From contig NW_027251843.1 in assembly GCF_044704955.1 (NCBI RefSeq), forward strand, positions 124,001 to 188,000: a stretch of DNA of 64,000 nt, written 5' to 3'. Each line of letters starts with the position of its first letter. Position 1 is the first letter of the stretch. Below, one piece after another: positions 34,547 to 48,210 of the stretch. This DNA is from Pristiophorus japonicus (taxonomy: Eukaryota). The notes under the pieces are model-generated. The model was not told the DNA's origin. It saw nothing but the letters and a program-made list of their open reading frames with translations, and did no database searches. The position numbers were made by a program, and so were the translations under genes.

Positions 34547-36328
34547 TGATGTAACTGAGTACTGTGGACAATGAGTAAGTGCGACCTTAGCTCCTTTAAT
34601 TAAACTCCAGAGTGTCGGTACAGCGTGGGAGGCCTGCTTACATACAGTGCTCCCAAGGGATGCTGGGGTCCCTTGGGACTCCAACAGGTAGGCCCTCTGG
34701 TGGTGGTATGATACAGGTTGCCAAGGGTTACATACATAACATCACTCCCTCCCAAAGTCAATAGTACACTTATTTACAGGGTGAGACGATCTGGGGCTTT
34801 TCGCTCCCTTGTCGATCATCTCGGTACAAATGCAGGTTTGGGTGAGTTGATTGATTCTACGCTGGGCAGCTGGCCTTGCCGGACTGCTGGGGATGGTGAG
34901 TTCAGCTTTGTGGTCGACCGTGATGTCTGTTGCCACTTTCGTGTCTGTTGGAGGGTGAAAGTTGGTGATGTCCTCTTCGGGTTGCTCGTGGCTGTTTGTG
35001 AATTGCAGTTTAGTTGAGTCCAAATGCTTTCTGCAAGTTAGTCCATTAGCCAGATTGACCTGAAACACCCTACTCCCTTCTTTGGCTATGACGGTGCCAG
35101 AAAGCCATTTGGGACCATGTCCATAGTTGAGTACAAATACATGGTCATTTACCTCAATATCGCATGACAAGTTTGCGCGATCATGGTACATGCTTTCTTG
35201 ATGTCGACTGCCCTCGACGTGATCATGGAGATCAGGGTGGACAAGAGAGAGCCTTGTTTGAGTGCCCTTTTACAGCTCAGTTGGGGGAACCCCAGTGAGC
35301 GAGTGGAGTCTGGTGCGGTAGCTGAGCAGGACTCGGGACAGGCGGGTCTGCAGGGAGCCTTCCGACACATGTTTCAAATTTTGCCTGATGGGTTGGACTG
35401 CCCGTTCTGCCTGGTCATTGGATTCAGGCTTGAATGGGCCAGATGTGATGTGCTTGATCCCATTGCGAGCCATCGTCGCTGACAAGGACATCAGGCAGGC
35501 CGTGTGGGGCGAACATGGCTCGTAGGCTTTCGATGGTGGCAGTGGACGTGCTTACAGATATTATTACACACTCAATCCATTTTGAATAAACATCCACAAC
35601 AACCAAAAACATTTTGCCTAGAAATGGACCCGCAAAGTCAATCTGGATCCTAGACCACAGTTTGGAGGGCCATGACCACAAACTTAGCGGTGACTCTCTA
35701 GGTGCATTGTTCAGTTGAGAGCAAGTGTTGCATTGGCGCATGCAGGATTCCAAATCTGAGTCGATGCCAGGCCACCACACATAGGATCTGGCTATAGCTT
35801 TCATCATTACTATTCTTGGCTGGGTAATGTGTAGGTCACGTATGAACGTTTCTCTGCCTTTCTTAGGCAAAACCACATGATTGCCCCACAAAAGACAGTC
35901 CGCCTGTATGGACATTTCGTATTTGCACCGCTGGAACGGCTTGATCTCTTCATGCATCTCCGCTGGGACACTGGGCCAGCTCCCATGGAGGACACAGTTT
36001 TTTACAAGGGACAGTAAAGAATCCTGGCTGGTCCAGGTCCTGATCTGGCGGGCCGTAATGGGTGACATTTCGTTTTCAAATGCATCCATCGCCAAGAGCA
36101 AGTCTGCAGGCTGTGCCATTTCCACCCTGGTAGCCGACTGAGAGCATCAGCGCAGTTCTCTGTGCCTGGTCTATGCGGATTACATAGTTATATGCAGACA
36201 GCGTGAGCGCCCATCTTTGGATGCGGGCAGAGGCATTGGTATTAATCTCTTTGCTCTCTGAGAATAGCAATATGAGTGGCTTATGGTCAGTTTCTAACTC
36301 AAACTTGAGACCAAACAAATACTGGTGT
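34547..36328 (-). mobile_element. Ty3/Gypsy retrotransposon 3' half (RNase H end, integrase, PPT, 198-bp 3' LTR)
   Basis: LTR 34547-34744 with TGATGT...ACATCA ends. ETDHKPL, ARIQRWAL, ARSYVWWPGID and IDFAGPFLGKMFLVVVD motifs. Truncated at the 83-bp array. Confidence 0.88.
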
Positions 36329-37840
36329 ATTACTGCTAGTGTCTGTCACTGTAGGATATACTGAGTGTGGCTCATTAACCAGTGTGGAACAACGTACCCC
36401 AGTGACCAGGTATTACTGGGAGTGTCTGTGTCTGTAGGATATACTGAGTGAGGCTCATTAACCAGTGTGGAACACCGTACCCCAGTGACTGTGTATTACT
36501 GGGAGTGTCTGTGTCTGTAGGATATACTGAGTGAGGCTCATTAACCAGTGTGGAACACCGTACCCCAGTGACCGTGTATTATTGGGAGTGTCTGTGACTG
36601 TAGGATATACTGAGTGAGGCTCATTAACCAGTGTGGAACACCGTACCCCAGTGACTGTGTATTACTGGGAGTGTCTGTGACTGTAGGATATACTGAGTGA
36701 GGCTCATTAACCAGTGTGGAACACCGTACCCCAGTGACTGTGTATTACTGGGAGTGTCTGTGACTGTAGGATATACTGAGTGAGGCTCATTAACCAGTGT
36801 GGAACACTGTACCCCAGTGACCGTGTATTACTGGGAATGTCTGTGTCTGTAGGATATACTGAGTGAGGCTCATTAACCAGTGTGGAACAATGTACCCCAG
36901 TGACTGTGTATTACTGGGAGTGTCTGTGTCTGTAGGATATACTGAGTGAGTCTCACCAACGGTGTGGAACACCGTACCCCAGTGACTGTGTATTACTGGG
37001 AGTGTCTGTGACTGTAGGATATACTGAGTGAGGCTGATTAACCAGTGTGGAACACCATACCCCAGTGACTGTGTATTACTGGGAGTGTCTGTGACTGTAG
37101 GATATACTGAGTGAGGCTCATTAACCAGTGTGGAACACTGTACCCCGTTGACCGTGTATTACTGGGAGTGTCTGTGACTGTAGGATATACTGAGTGAGGC
37201 TCATTAACCAGTGTGGAACACTGTACCCCAGTGACCGTGTATTACTGGGAGTGTATGTGACTGTAGGATATACTGAGTGAGGCTCACTAACCGGTGTGGA
37301 ACAACGTACCCCAGTGACCGTGTATTACTGGGATTGTTTGTGTCTGTAGGATATACTGAGTGAGGCTCATTAACCAGTGTGGAACAACGTACCCCAGTGA
37401 CTGTGTATTACTGGGAGTGTCTGTGTCTGTAGGATATACTGAGTGTGGTTCATTAACCAGTGTGGAACAACGTACCCCAGTGACCGTGTATTACTGGGAG
37501 TGTCTGTGTCTGTAGGATATACTGAGTGAGGCTCATTAACCAGTGTGGAACACCATACCCCAGTGACCGTGTATTACTGGGAGTGTCTATGACTGTAGGA
37601 TATACTGAGTGAGGCTCATTAACCGGTGTGGAACACCATACCCCAGTGACCGTGTATTACTGGGAGTGTCTGTGTCTGTAGGATATACTGAGTAAGGCTC
37701 ACTAACGGTGTGGAACACTGTACCCCAGTGACTGTGTATTACTGGGAGTGTCTGTGTCTGTAGGATATACTGAGTAAGGCTCATTAACCAGTGTGGAACA
37801 CCATACCCCAGTGACTGTGTATTACTGGGAGTGTCTGTCA
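36327..37840. repeat. 83-bp tandem satellite, about 18 copies
   Basis: TATTACTGGG recurs at 36411, 36494 and onward; units near-identical with no unique spacers. Confidence 0.95.
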
Positions 37841-38598
37841 CCATACAATTGTGCTGAGTGTGAGTCATTAAGCGGTGTGGAACAAATCGATTCTACTTTG
37901 AAATATTTGTTTTCGATGATCGACTTCTGAACTCCGTGGAGTTGCGTTCGTGTTTTGTGAAATGTAATCGTTGGCAAAGGGGGATATTGCAGCTGCTGGT
38001 TGAAGGTGTTTGGTTAGAAGTGTATCAAGTGAAATGCATTGATATTGCTGTTTCCTACTGAACTGCACCAATAGAAACAAACGTTAACTATTTACTGACC
38101 GGTGAACAGCAGGACAGCACTGTTACATTATTCAGAAGCTCTGCATAATGAGTATAGTGACTGTAAACACTTTAATTGTTTTGGTGTTGATTAATCTCCT
38201 TCCCCCAACATGGTCCTGAGAATCTGTGGGTCCTGAGAGCTGAATTTAATGATCTTACTATTGCACAGGATGGATATTGGGCTGTGGTTATTGATTATTA
38301 AACTTCTGTAACTGATAAGAATATGATGGATCAGATCTTATCTATGATTCAGATTCTCTACGCAGGTAACCTGCAGCGATCTCTGCCGCAAGCTCAGCGA
38401 GGTCTGTTTCTGGGAGCAGAGACACGTATAACTGGAGAACATACATATCGGGTTTTCATAATAAACAGATCAGTCCGAGGGCAGGAAACAATTATATCAG
38501 TAATTGGTTAATAATGAAATATATAGTGCAATGCTTCAATAACTAAACTACTTCAATATCTGCAATGCTATGTCGAACTGATGACTGTGATTAATTAA

Positions 38599-41500
38599 TG
38601 TTATGCATGTAATTAGACCTTACCCAAATGTAAGACTTGCCACCAGGGGGCACACCTATGGGAGACCGAAGGGTCACCTGTGCACCCTGGGGCAAGCAGG
38701 TATAAAAGGTGACTCACTCTGGAGTCTGAAATAAAGAGACCAAGGACACAACAGTTTGAGCTTGCGATATAGTCCTGTGGATTTATTCTGAACATAACAA
38801 AGTGGCGACGAGTAATGGATCACAAACTTTCACGCAGCAATGACTGCCATTGGTATTCTTGAGAGATTTGATGAGGGTGATGATTGGGAAGCCTTCATTG
38901 AGTGCCTCGACCAGTACTTTGTGGCCAACGAATTGGACAAGGCTGAGATGGCGGCCAAGCATAGGTCGATTCTCCTCACCATATGTGGGTCATCGTTATA
39001 TGGCCTCCTAAAAAACTTGCTGGCAATAGTCAAAATAATGGACAAATCTTATGCAGAGCTATGTACGCTGGCTAGGGAACACCTCAAGCCAACAGAGAGC
39101 ATCCTGATGGCCAGGTACCAATTTATACTCACCAGCCCTCCGAGGGCCAGAACATGGCGCGTTTTGTCACTGACCTAAGGCGCCTTGCGGGGCAGTGCAA
39201 CTTTGCAGGATCCTTGGGGGAAATGTTGAGGGTCTTTTTTGTGCTTGGAATTGGCCACGAGGGCATTCTTCGCAAACTGCTGTCTGCCGAATCCCTAGAT
39301 CTGAGCAATAGCCAAGCATCATGATAGCCCAAGCCTTCATATCCATGAGCGATAACATGAAACAGATATCTTCACAGAATCGAAGCTCACTGGCGAGCAC
39401 CGTGCACAAAATAACGTTTGCAGCAGGCAGAATGGTGTAGGGCAGGGCCCACCCGATTGCAGAGGCCAGACCTAGGCCTAGAGTGACTCAGAGTCCGCCG
39501 TAGGGCATGAATGCATATCCATTAGCACCATGTTGGTGCTGCGGGGGCAGCCATTGAGCTGATCAATGTCGATTGAAGCCCTATTTGTGCAAGGCCTGTG
39601 GAACAATGGGGCACCACCGGGTGGCAGAGTCAGGAGAGGATGACCGATCCTGTGGGGATCACGATGAACGAGCAGGAGAGGCAACTGAACCTGAGGGTAA
39701 AGAGGAAGTAGAGGGATACACACCTTCACCGCCAAAAGCCCTCCGATAATGTTAAAAGTTGAACTTAACAGCCCTTCAGTCTCCATGGAACTAGACACGG
39801 GGGCAAGTCAATCAGTTATGAGCCAGAAGGCATTTGAGAGGCTGTGGGGCAACGAAACACAGAGACCCAAGCTGATCCCGATTCAGGAAAATCTGCGCAC
39901 CTACACCAAGAAACTCATATCAGTTATTGGTAGTGCGGACATAAGAGTATCCCATGAGGGAGCAGTGCACGAGTTACCACTGTGGATTGTTTCAGGTGAT
40001 GGGCCAACGTCGCTTGGCAGGAGGTGGATGGGGAAGATTCGATGGAACTGGGAAGACCTCTGCATACCCTCTCCGGCGAACGAGGTCTCCCTTTCCCAAA
40101 GACCAAGCAAACCCCCTCTTCCAGCTGAACCAGGCATTGAAGTGCAGATCCAGCTGAACCAGGCACAGGCCACTCATCACAACCAAGAGGAGGTAAAGTT
40201 CAACCGAGCAGTGGTACAGGCGCGGTACCCACCACTCCAAGCCGACGATCCCTTCGCGACGATGCAAGAGGCTCCAGGTCGACCATGCGGAGTGGGACTC
40301 CGGCCAAAACAATCCGAATGCGTCTTCCCGACACCAGAGGCAAAATACCTGGGGAAGAAGATTGCGGCAGTCGGCATCACGGACACGGACGAGAGGGCGT
40401 CCAGACCACGGGACAAGAAGGCATCCAGACCACGGGACGAGAGTGCGCCCAGACCATGGGATGAGAGAACGCCAGATCATGGGCCGAGAGAGCATCCAGA
40501 GCATGGGACGAGAGAGCGTCCAGAGCATGGGACGAGAGAGCGTCCAGACCAGGGGACGAGAGAGCGTCCAGACCACGGGACGAGAGAGCGTCCAGACCAC
40601 GGGACGAGAGAGCGTCCAGAGCATGGGGCGAGAGCGCATCCAGACCAGGGGACGAGAGAGCGTCCAGACCATGGGACGAGAGAGCGTCCAGAGCACGGGA
40701 CGAGAGAGTGTCCAGACCACGGGACGAGAGAGGGTCCAGTGCACGGGACGAGAGAGCATCCAGTGCATGGGACGAGAGAGCATCCAGACCACGGGACGAG
40801 AGAGCGTCCAGACCACGGGATGAGAGAGCGTCCAGACCACGGGACGAGAGAGCGTCCAGAGCATGGGACGAGAGAGCATCCAGACCAGTGGACGAGAGAG
40901 CGTACAGACCACGGAACGAGAGAGCGTCCAGAACATGGGACGAGAGAGCATCCAGACCAGGGGATGAGAGAGAGTCCAGACCAGGGGACGAGAGAGCATC
41001 CAGACCAGGGGACAAGAGAGCGTCCAGACCAGGGGACGAGAGAGCATCCAGACCAGGGGACGAGAGAGCGTCCAGATCATGGGACGAGAGAGCATCCAGA
41101 CCAGGGGACGAGAGCGCGTCCAGATCATGGGACGAGAGAGCGTCCAGACCAGGGGACGAGAGAGCGTCCAGAGCATGGGGCGAGAGCGCATCCAGACCAG
41201 GGGACGAGAGAGCGTCCAGACCATGGGACGAGAGAGCGTCCAGAGCACGGGACGAGAGAGTGTCCAGACCACGGGACGAGAGAGCTTCCAGACCACGGGA
41301 CGAGAGAGGGTCCAGTGCACGGGACGAGAGAGCATCCAGTGCATGGGACGAGAGAGCATCCAGACCACGGGACGAGAGAGCGTCCAGACCACGGGATGAG
41401 AGAGCGTCCAGACCACGGGACGAGAGAGCGTCCAGAGCATGGGACGAGAGAGCATCCAGACCAGTGGACGAGAGAGCGTACAGACCACGGAACGAGAGAG

Positions 41501-44500
41501 CGTCCAGACCAGGGGACGAGAGAGCGTCCAGACCAGGGGACGAGAAAGCGTCCAGACCATGGGACGAGAGAGCGTCCAGACCAGGGGACGAGAGAGCGTC
41601 CACAGCATGGGACGAGAGAGCGTCCAGAGCATGAGATGAGAGAGTGTCCAGATCATGGGACGAGAGAGCGTCCAGACCAGGGGACGAGAGAGCGTCCAGA
41701 CCATGGGACGAGAGAGTGTCCAGACTATGGGACGAGAGAGCGTCCAGATCATGGGACGAGAGAGCGTCCAGACAATGGGACGAGAGAGCGTCCAGACCAT
41801 GGGACGAGAGAGCGTCCAGATCATGGGACGAGAGAGCGTCCAGACAATGGGACGAGAGAGTGTCCAGACCAGGGGACGAGAGAGCATCCAGACCATGGGA
41901 CGAGAGAGTGTCCAGACAATGGGACGAGAGAGCATCCAGACCATGGGACGAGAGAGCGTCCAGATCATGGGACGAGAGAGCGTCCAGATCATGGGATGAG
42001 AGAGCGTCCAGACCACGGGATGAGAGAGCGTCCAGACCAGGGGACGAGAGAGCGTCCAGAACATGGGACGAGAGAGCGTCCAGACCAGGGGACGAGAGAG
42101 CGTCCAGAACATGGGACGAGAGAGCATCCAGAGCATGGGACGAGAGAGCGTCCAGATCATGGGACGAGAGAGTGTCCAGACCAGGGGACGAGAGAGCGTC
42201 CAGAACATGGGACGAGAGAGCATCCAGACCAGGGGATGAGAGAGTGTCCAGACCAGGGGACGAGAGAGCATCCAGACCAGGGGATGAGAGAGCGTCCAGA
42301 ACATGGGACGAGAGAGCGTCCAGACCAGGGGACGAGAGAGCGTCCAGAGCATGGGACGAGAGAGTGTCCAGACCATGGGACAAGAGAATGTCCAGACCAG
42401 GGAGGAGTGAGTGTCCAGACCACGGGACGAGAGAGCGTCCAGAGCATGGGATGAGAGAGCGTCCAGACCACGAGACGAGAGAGCGTCCAGAGCATGGGAC
42501 GAGAGAGCGTCCAGACCACGGGACGACAGCGGGTCCAGACCACGGGACGAGAGAGCATCCAGAGCATGGGATGAGAGAGCGTGCAGACCACGGGACGACA
42601 GCGGGTCCAGACCACAGGGCGAGAGAGCGACCAGACCATGAGACGAGAGAGTGTCCAGACCAGGGGACGAGAGAGCGTCCAGAGCACGGGACGAGAGATC
42701 GTCCAGAGCATGGGAAGAGAGAGCTTCCAGACCATGGGACAAGAGAATGTCCAGACCAGGGAGGAGTGAGTGTCCAGACCACGGGACGAGAGAGCGTCCA
42801 GAGCATGGGATGAGAGAGCGTCCAGACCACGAGACGAGAGAGCGTCCAGAGCATGGGACGAGAGAGCGTCCAGACCACGGGACGAGAGATCGTCCAGAGC
42901 ATGGGACGAGAGAGCATCCAGACCAGGGGAGGAGAGAGTGTCCAGACCACGGGACGAGAGCGCGTCCAGACCAGGGGAGGAGAGAGCGTCCAGACCAGGG
43001 GAGGAGAGAGGTTCCAGATCATGGGACGAGAGAGTGTCCAGACCATGGGACGAGAGAGTGTCCAAAGCACGGGACGAGAGAGCGTCTAGACCATGGGACG
43101 AGAGAGTGTCCAGAGCATGGGACGAGAGAGCGTCCAGAGCACGGGACGAGAGCGTCCAGAACATGGGACGAGAGAGCGTCCAGAGCACGGAATGAGGGAG
43201 CTTCCAGACCACAGAAGGTCGCCGCAACAGAACGGAGGTATGTGTCGCCCAACAAGGAAGATGACGGGGTTTGGGGCAAAGGTAAAGAGGCAAACCCGAT
43301 GAAGGCCAGGAATCAACTCCGCTCAAATAAATTGTGTGCACCATGTAACCCGTGTGAGCGGTCTTTCGTGGCCAATGATGTACCATTGTATGGGGTTGGA
43401 GGTATGTTATAAAAAGCCAAAGTAGCTGGCGAACACCAACCGGTCGTATGTGTATCTAACAAAGTATTCGTAGCAAGTGAGATGTTACTGCACAGGGCCT
43501 GGTGTGTTCTGCAGCAGGCCAAAGTAGCGGGCGAGCCCCAAATGATTAAACATGTGTTAAATAAGTTAAACAAAGCAGCAGCCTGTGTTCACTGGGCTAA
43601 AGAAACGTACCAAAGATTGTCCTAACATGTGCTCGAGTCAGACAAACTGCTCATCCCATGAGCTTGGGAGAGCAGAGTCACCATTATCGGTGCATTGTTT
43701 CGATAATGTCCAACACTGTCTCTGCACTGTAACATGATCCACCACGGGCCAGGCACTGAGAGTGGCGCCCATGTTCTCAGTTGGCCACCGTTGCCCACCC
43801 CCGGGGTGGAAACGGCGTAGCTTGCAGACCCACTCGCCGTCGTGGAAGTGCTAGAAAGCGAGGGGTCAACCGTAATGGCTCCCCAGCTTAGGACCTGGAC
43901 CAGCCAGGATCCCACGTTACCACCTGTCAAAGGTGAACTGCTCGATGGGATGTGGCAATCTATCTGCCAAAAAGACGTTAGACCCATCCCAACGTTGCAA
44001 AGCAAGGCAGGGCAGCTACACATAGTCGGTGGTCCGCGGCCCCCATACTATGGCCCAAAGTCCACGGGGACTACGAGGCCTCCCACCACTACCGAAAGTC
44101 TCAAGGTCATTGCGGCCATCCTGGGCCTCAGAGTCAGCACCCAAATGACTAAACCTAGCACCACGTGTGCCATGGCAGACTCCCTACAGACCGGCTATCC
44201 TGGGTGTTACGCAATCACCAGACCGAATCACTCAGAACCGAGCCTTCCACTTGCCATCAGCAGAGAACGCAGCACAATTGCACGGCCCCTCCACGCGACA
44301 TCAGAATAAGTGTTGTAGACCATGTTCAGGGCCCCAGTTGGGCCTCTAGCAGTGCATTAGCCAAGGGGGGGAATGGAGTGTATGTGATGAAAACAGAGCA
44401 TTTGATTGTGAAACCAAGTACCGTGCTAACGAGTAAAGCATTTGGACAAGACCAAACTGCGAACTACAGATAACCAGGAACCACTGTGAAAGGACCTGGC

Positions 44501-44882
44501 CCCCAGTGACCCACTAACACGATCAACTTCGTCGTCAATCACGAGGATGAACCCACCACATCAGAACTTTAACCCAGGCGATCGACCTGGGGACACGAGG
44601 CACCAGATCACCTCAACTTGCAAATAACTTACACATAAGACATTGGGGGGGGGGGGGGAGAGCGTTGTTATTAATGTATGTAAACCTTACCAAAATGTAA
44701 GACTTGCCACCAGGGGGCACACCTGTGGGAGACCTAAGGGTCATCTGTGCACCCTGGGGCATGCAGGTATAAAAGGTGATTCACCATGCTGCTTCCTCAC
44801 TCTGGAGTCTGAAATAAAGAGACTAAAGTCACAACAGTTTGAGCTTGCGATATAGTCCTGTGGATTTATTCTGAACATAACA
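38599..44882 (+). mobile_element. Ty3/Gypsy retrotransposon, deleted and decayed, with an internal repeat expansion
   Basis: LTRs 38599-38799 and 44666-44882 (TGTTAT...ATAACA), 5-bp TSD ATTAA. PBS TGGCGACGAG (tRNA-Ser-like) at 38803. gag from 38840 (ERFDEGDDWEAFIE), protease ELDTGAS, G-rich PPT. Confidence 0.9.
40385..43215 (+). repeat. 24-bp tandem array (~118 copies) inside Gypsy pol
   Basis: Unit GACGAGAGAGCGTCCAGACCA(C/T/G)GG; translates as PDHGTRER, DERASRPR or GRESVQTT depending on frame. Confidence 0.95.
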
Positions 44883-44993
44883 ATTAATGCTCAAGTTACT
44901 GAAATAGAATTTACAGCACAGAAAATGGCCTCTCCGCAAAATTGTTTTTTCTCGGTGTTTATGCTCTACACAAGATGCTTCCCATCCCATTCA

Positions 44994-45435
44994 AAGAAAG
45001 ACTTGGATTTATATAGCGCCTTTCACGACCTCCAGACGTCTCAATGTTTTACAGCCAATTAAGTAGTTTTGGAGTTTAATCATTGTTGTAACTTGGGAAA
45101 CGCAGCAGCCAATTTGCGCACAGCAAGCTCCAAGTTAATGACCAGATAAACAGTTTTTGTGATGTTGATTGAGGGATAAATAATGGTCAGGACACCAGTG
45201 ATACCTCCCCTGGTCTTCAAAATTGTGTCTTGTGATTTTTACATCCACCTGAGAGAACAGACCAGGCTTCAATTTAACATCTCAACCCAAAGATCGCACC
45301 TCCGACAGTGCAGCAGTCCCTCAGCATTGTACTGGAGTGTCACCCTCAATTTATGTGCTCGAGTCCCAGGAGTGGGATTTGAACCCACAACCTATTGAAT
45401 CAGAGGCAAGTTTGCTACCCAATGAGCCACAGCTT
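44994..45435 (-). mobile_element. DeuSINE-type SINE, full length
   Basis: Reverse complement of the 14346 and 30195 SINE from tRNA head to AAGTCTTTCTT tail. Confidence 0.8.
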
Positions 45436-45439
45436 ATGC

Positions 45440-46510
45440 TATCCAACCCTATTGTATTATCCTTCTATCCCGGTCTCTCTCATGTACTTAACTATCTTCT
45501 CCTTAAATGTGCACCTCCAATATTCCATGCTGTAGCAAGTTCCCCATTCTAACCACTCTCTGACCAAAGATGTCTCGCTCACCACAATTTCATGTTGGAT
45601 TAATTGACGAACTTCAGAATTGGACTCCCTCACAAGTGAAATTTTCTTCTCTACGTCTAAACTGTCAAACTCCATCATCATTTCAAAGGTGTCTATTGGA
45701 TCAAGCCCTCAGCCGGCACTTATCGAGAGAAAAGGGCCCCAGTCCTTCACACTTTCCTGATCGTTATAATCTCTCATTTCTGGTTTTGTCCTTGTGAAAT
45801 ATTTGGACTTCTCTGTTCTTTTCAATTCTATTGCCCTAGAAATGAATCGCAGTGTTCCATTTACATGTTATGGTCTTGTGAAGCTGTGTTGCTGCTTTCA
45901 ATGATTTGTGAGTCTGTAAACCTGAAACCCTTTGCCCCTCTGATCCATTTAGACTCTTATTTTCCAAGGAGTATTTGCGATCTTTATTCTTCCTCCCAAA
46001 ATACAGCAACTTACATTTTGCTACATTGAAATTAATTTGACATTGAACACCCATTCTGCAAGTTTATCAATTTCTTCAGAACATTGTTCTATTCTGCCTC
46101 TGTATTCATTGTATTTCCAATTTGGATGCGGCTGACAATGTTGAATATGTGCTTGTGCTTCCCGAGTCCCTATGGGTTATGTAAATGGTCAACGTCTGTG
46201 ATCTCAGCGCCAATCCTTGAGCATACCACTGCTCACCATCCGCCAGTCGGAGTAAATCCCTCGACCCCCTACTACCAATTATTGGCTTTTGTAGCCACCT
46301 TGCTGTCCATTCTGCTGCTTGTCCCCTAACACCACGTGCTGGGAGATTATTCCTGACTCTACTCTATCATACCATATCGAAGGCCTTTAGAGAATCAAAG
46401 TATATTACATTTACTGCATCACTCTTATCTACTCTTGCTGAAACTTATTCAAAGAATTCATCAGGTTTGGTCAAGCATGACCTTCCCTTTTGGAACACGT
46501 GTTGATGAAT
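45440..46510 (-). mobile_element. Old, highly decayed CR1 3' fragment
   Basis: FNVAKCKLLYFGRKN remnant and CR1-like nucleotide motifs. Confidence 0.6.
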
Positions 46511-46734
46511 CTTTAATATATTTTGTGTTTCTAGGGGGGGACGAAATTCGGTCCCGCACTTTTGGGGACGGTACCAGCCGCGAGGTGGGAATTCCTACGC
46601 CAGGCGTGGCAGTCCCGCCCCGCAAGCTATATTGGGCTTACCGCCACCAAGTGGACTTATTGAAGGCCGCGACTGATAAATGGGTCATTGTTTGGGCTGC
46701 CACAGCTCCCCTTTAATTCCCATCCCTGGGTTGC

Positions 46735-48210
46735 GTCCTACAGACAGGTATGTGCCCTGCCCCGTGGAGCATCCTACAGACAGGTATGTGCCCCGCCCCG
46801 TGGAGCGTCCTGCAGCCAGGTATGTGCCCCGCCCCGCGAGTGTCCTACAGCCAGGTATGTGCCCCGCTCCGCGGAGCATCCTACAGCCAGGTATGTGCCC
46901 CGCCCCGTGGAGCGTCCTACAGCCAGGTATGTGCCCCGCCCCACGGAGCGTCCTACAGACAGGTATGTGTCCAGCCCTGCGAGTGTCCTACAGACAGGTA
47001 TGTGCCCCGCCCCGCGGAGCGTTCTACAGCCAGGTATGTGCCCCGCCCCGCAGAGCATCCTACAGCCAGGTATGTGCCCCACCCCGCGATTGCCCCACAG
47101 CCAGGTATGTGCCCCGCCCCGCGAGTGTCCTACAGACAGGTATGTGTCCCGCCCCGTGAGTGTCCTACAGCCAGGTATGTGCCCCGCCCCGCGAGTGTCC
47201 TACAGCCAGGTGTGTGCCCAGCCTCACGAGTGTCCGACAGCCAGGTATGTGCCCCGCCCCGCGAGTGTCCTACAGCCAGGTGTGTGCCCAGCCTCACGAG
47301 TGTCCGACGGCCAGGTATGTGCCCCGCCCCGCGAGTGTCCTACAGACAGGTATGTGCCCCGCCCCGTGAGTGTCCTACAGCCAGGTGTGTGCCCCGCCCC
47401 GCGAGTGTCCTACAGCCAGGTATGTGCCCCGCCCGTGTCCTACAGCCAGGTATGTGCCCCGCCCGTGTCCTACAGACAGGTATGTGCCCCGCCCCGCCCG
47501 TGTCCTACAGACAGGTATGTGCCCCGCCCCAAGAGTATCCTACAGCCAGGTGTGTGCCCCGCCCCGCGAGTGTCCTACAGCCAGGTATGTGCCCTGCCCC
47601 GCGAGTGTCCTACAGCCAGGTGTGTGCCCCGCCCCGCGAGTGTCCTACAGCCAGGTGTGTGCCCTGCCCCGCGAGTGTCCTACAGCCAGGTGTGTGCCCC
47701 GCCCCGCAAGTGTCCTACAGCCAGGTGTGTGCCCAGCCCCATGAGTGTCCTACAGACAGGTATGTGCCCCGCCCCGTGAGTGTCCCGCCCCGCGAGTGTC
47801 CTACAGACAGGTATGTGCCCCGCCCCGCGAGTGTCCTACAGCTAGGTGTGTGCCCAGCCCCACGAGTGTCCTACAGACAGGTATGTGCCCCGCCCCGTGA
47901 GTGTCCTACAGCCAGGTGTGTGCCCCGCCCCGCGAGTGTCCCACAGCCAGGTGTGTGCCCCGCCCCGCGAGTGTCCTACAGCCAGGTATGTGCCCCGCCC
48001 CGCGATTGCCCCACAGCCAGGTATGTGCCCCGCCCCGCGATTGCCCCACAGCCAGGTATGTGCCCCGCCCCGCGATTGCCCCACAGCCAGATATGTGCCC
48101 CGCCCCGCGATTGCCCCACAGCCAGGTATGTTACCCGCCCCGCGGTTGCCCCAAAGCCAGGTATGTGCCCCGCCCCGCGATTGCCCCACAGCCAGGTATG
48201 TGCCCCGAGC
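46735..48210. repeat. GC-rich ~35-bp minisatellite (~42 copies)
   Basis: Unit GTGTCCTACAGCCAGGTATGTGCCCCGCCCCGCGA, period 35 (47161, 47196). Confidence 0.95.

Noticed and set aside
36327-37840. CRISPR-like regular array
   Set aside because: Whole 83-bp units are repeated with no unique spacers; vertebrate context and no cas genes.
37846-38598. Unique AT-rich stretch checked for Ig leader, V exon or octamer promoter
   Set aside because: No ATTTGCAT-TATA-leader arrangement, V motifs or RSS that I could identify.
39992-43386. Long minus-strand ORFs (916, 897 and 409 aa) resembling leucine-rich or membrane proteins
   Set aside because: By-products of a 24-bp unit lacking stop codons; no unique domain.
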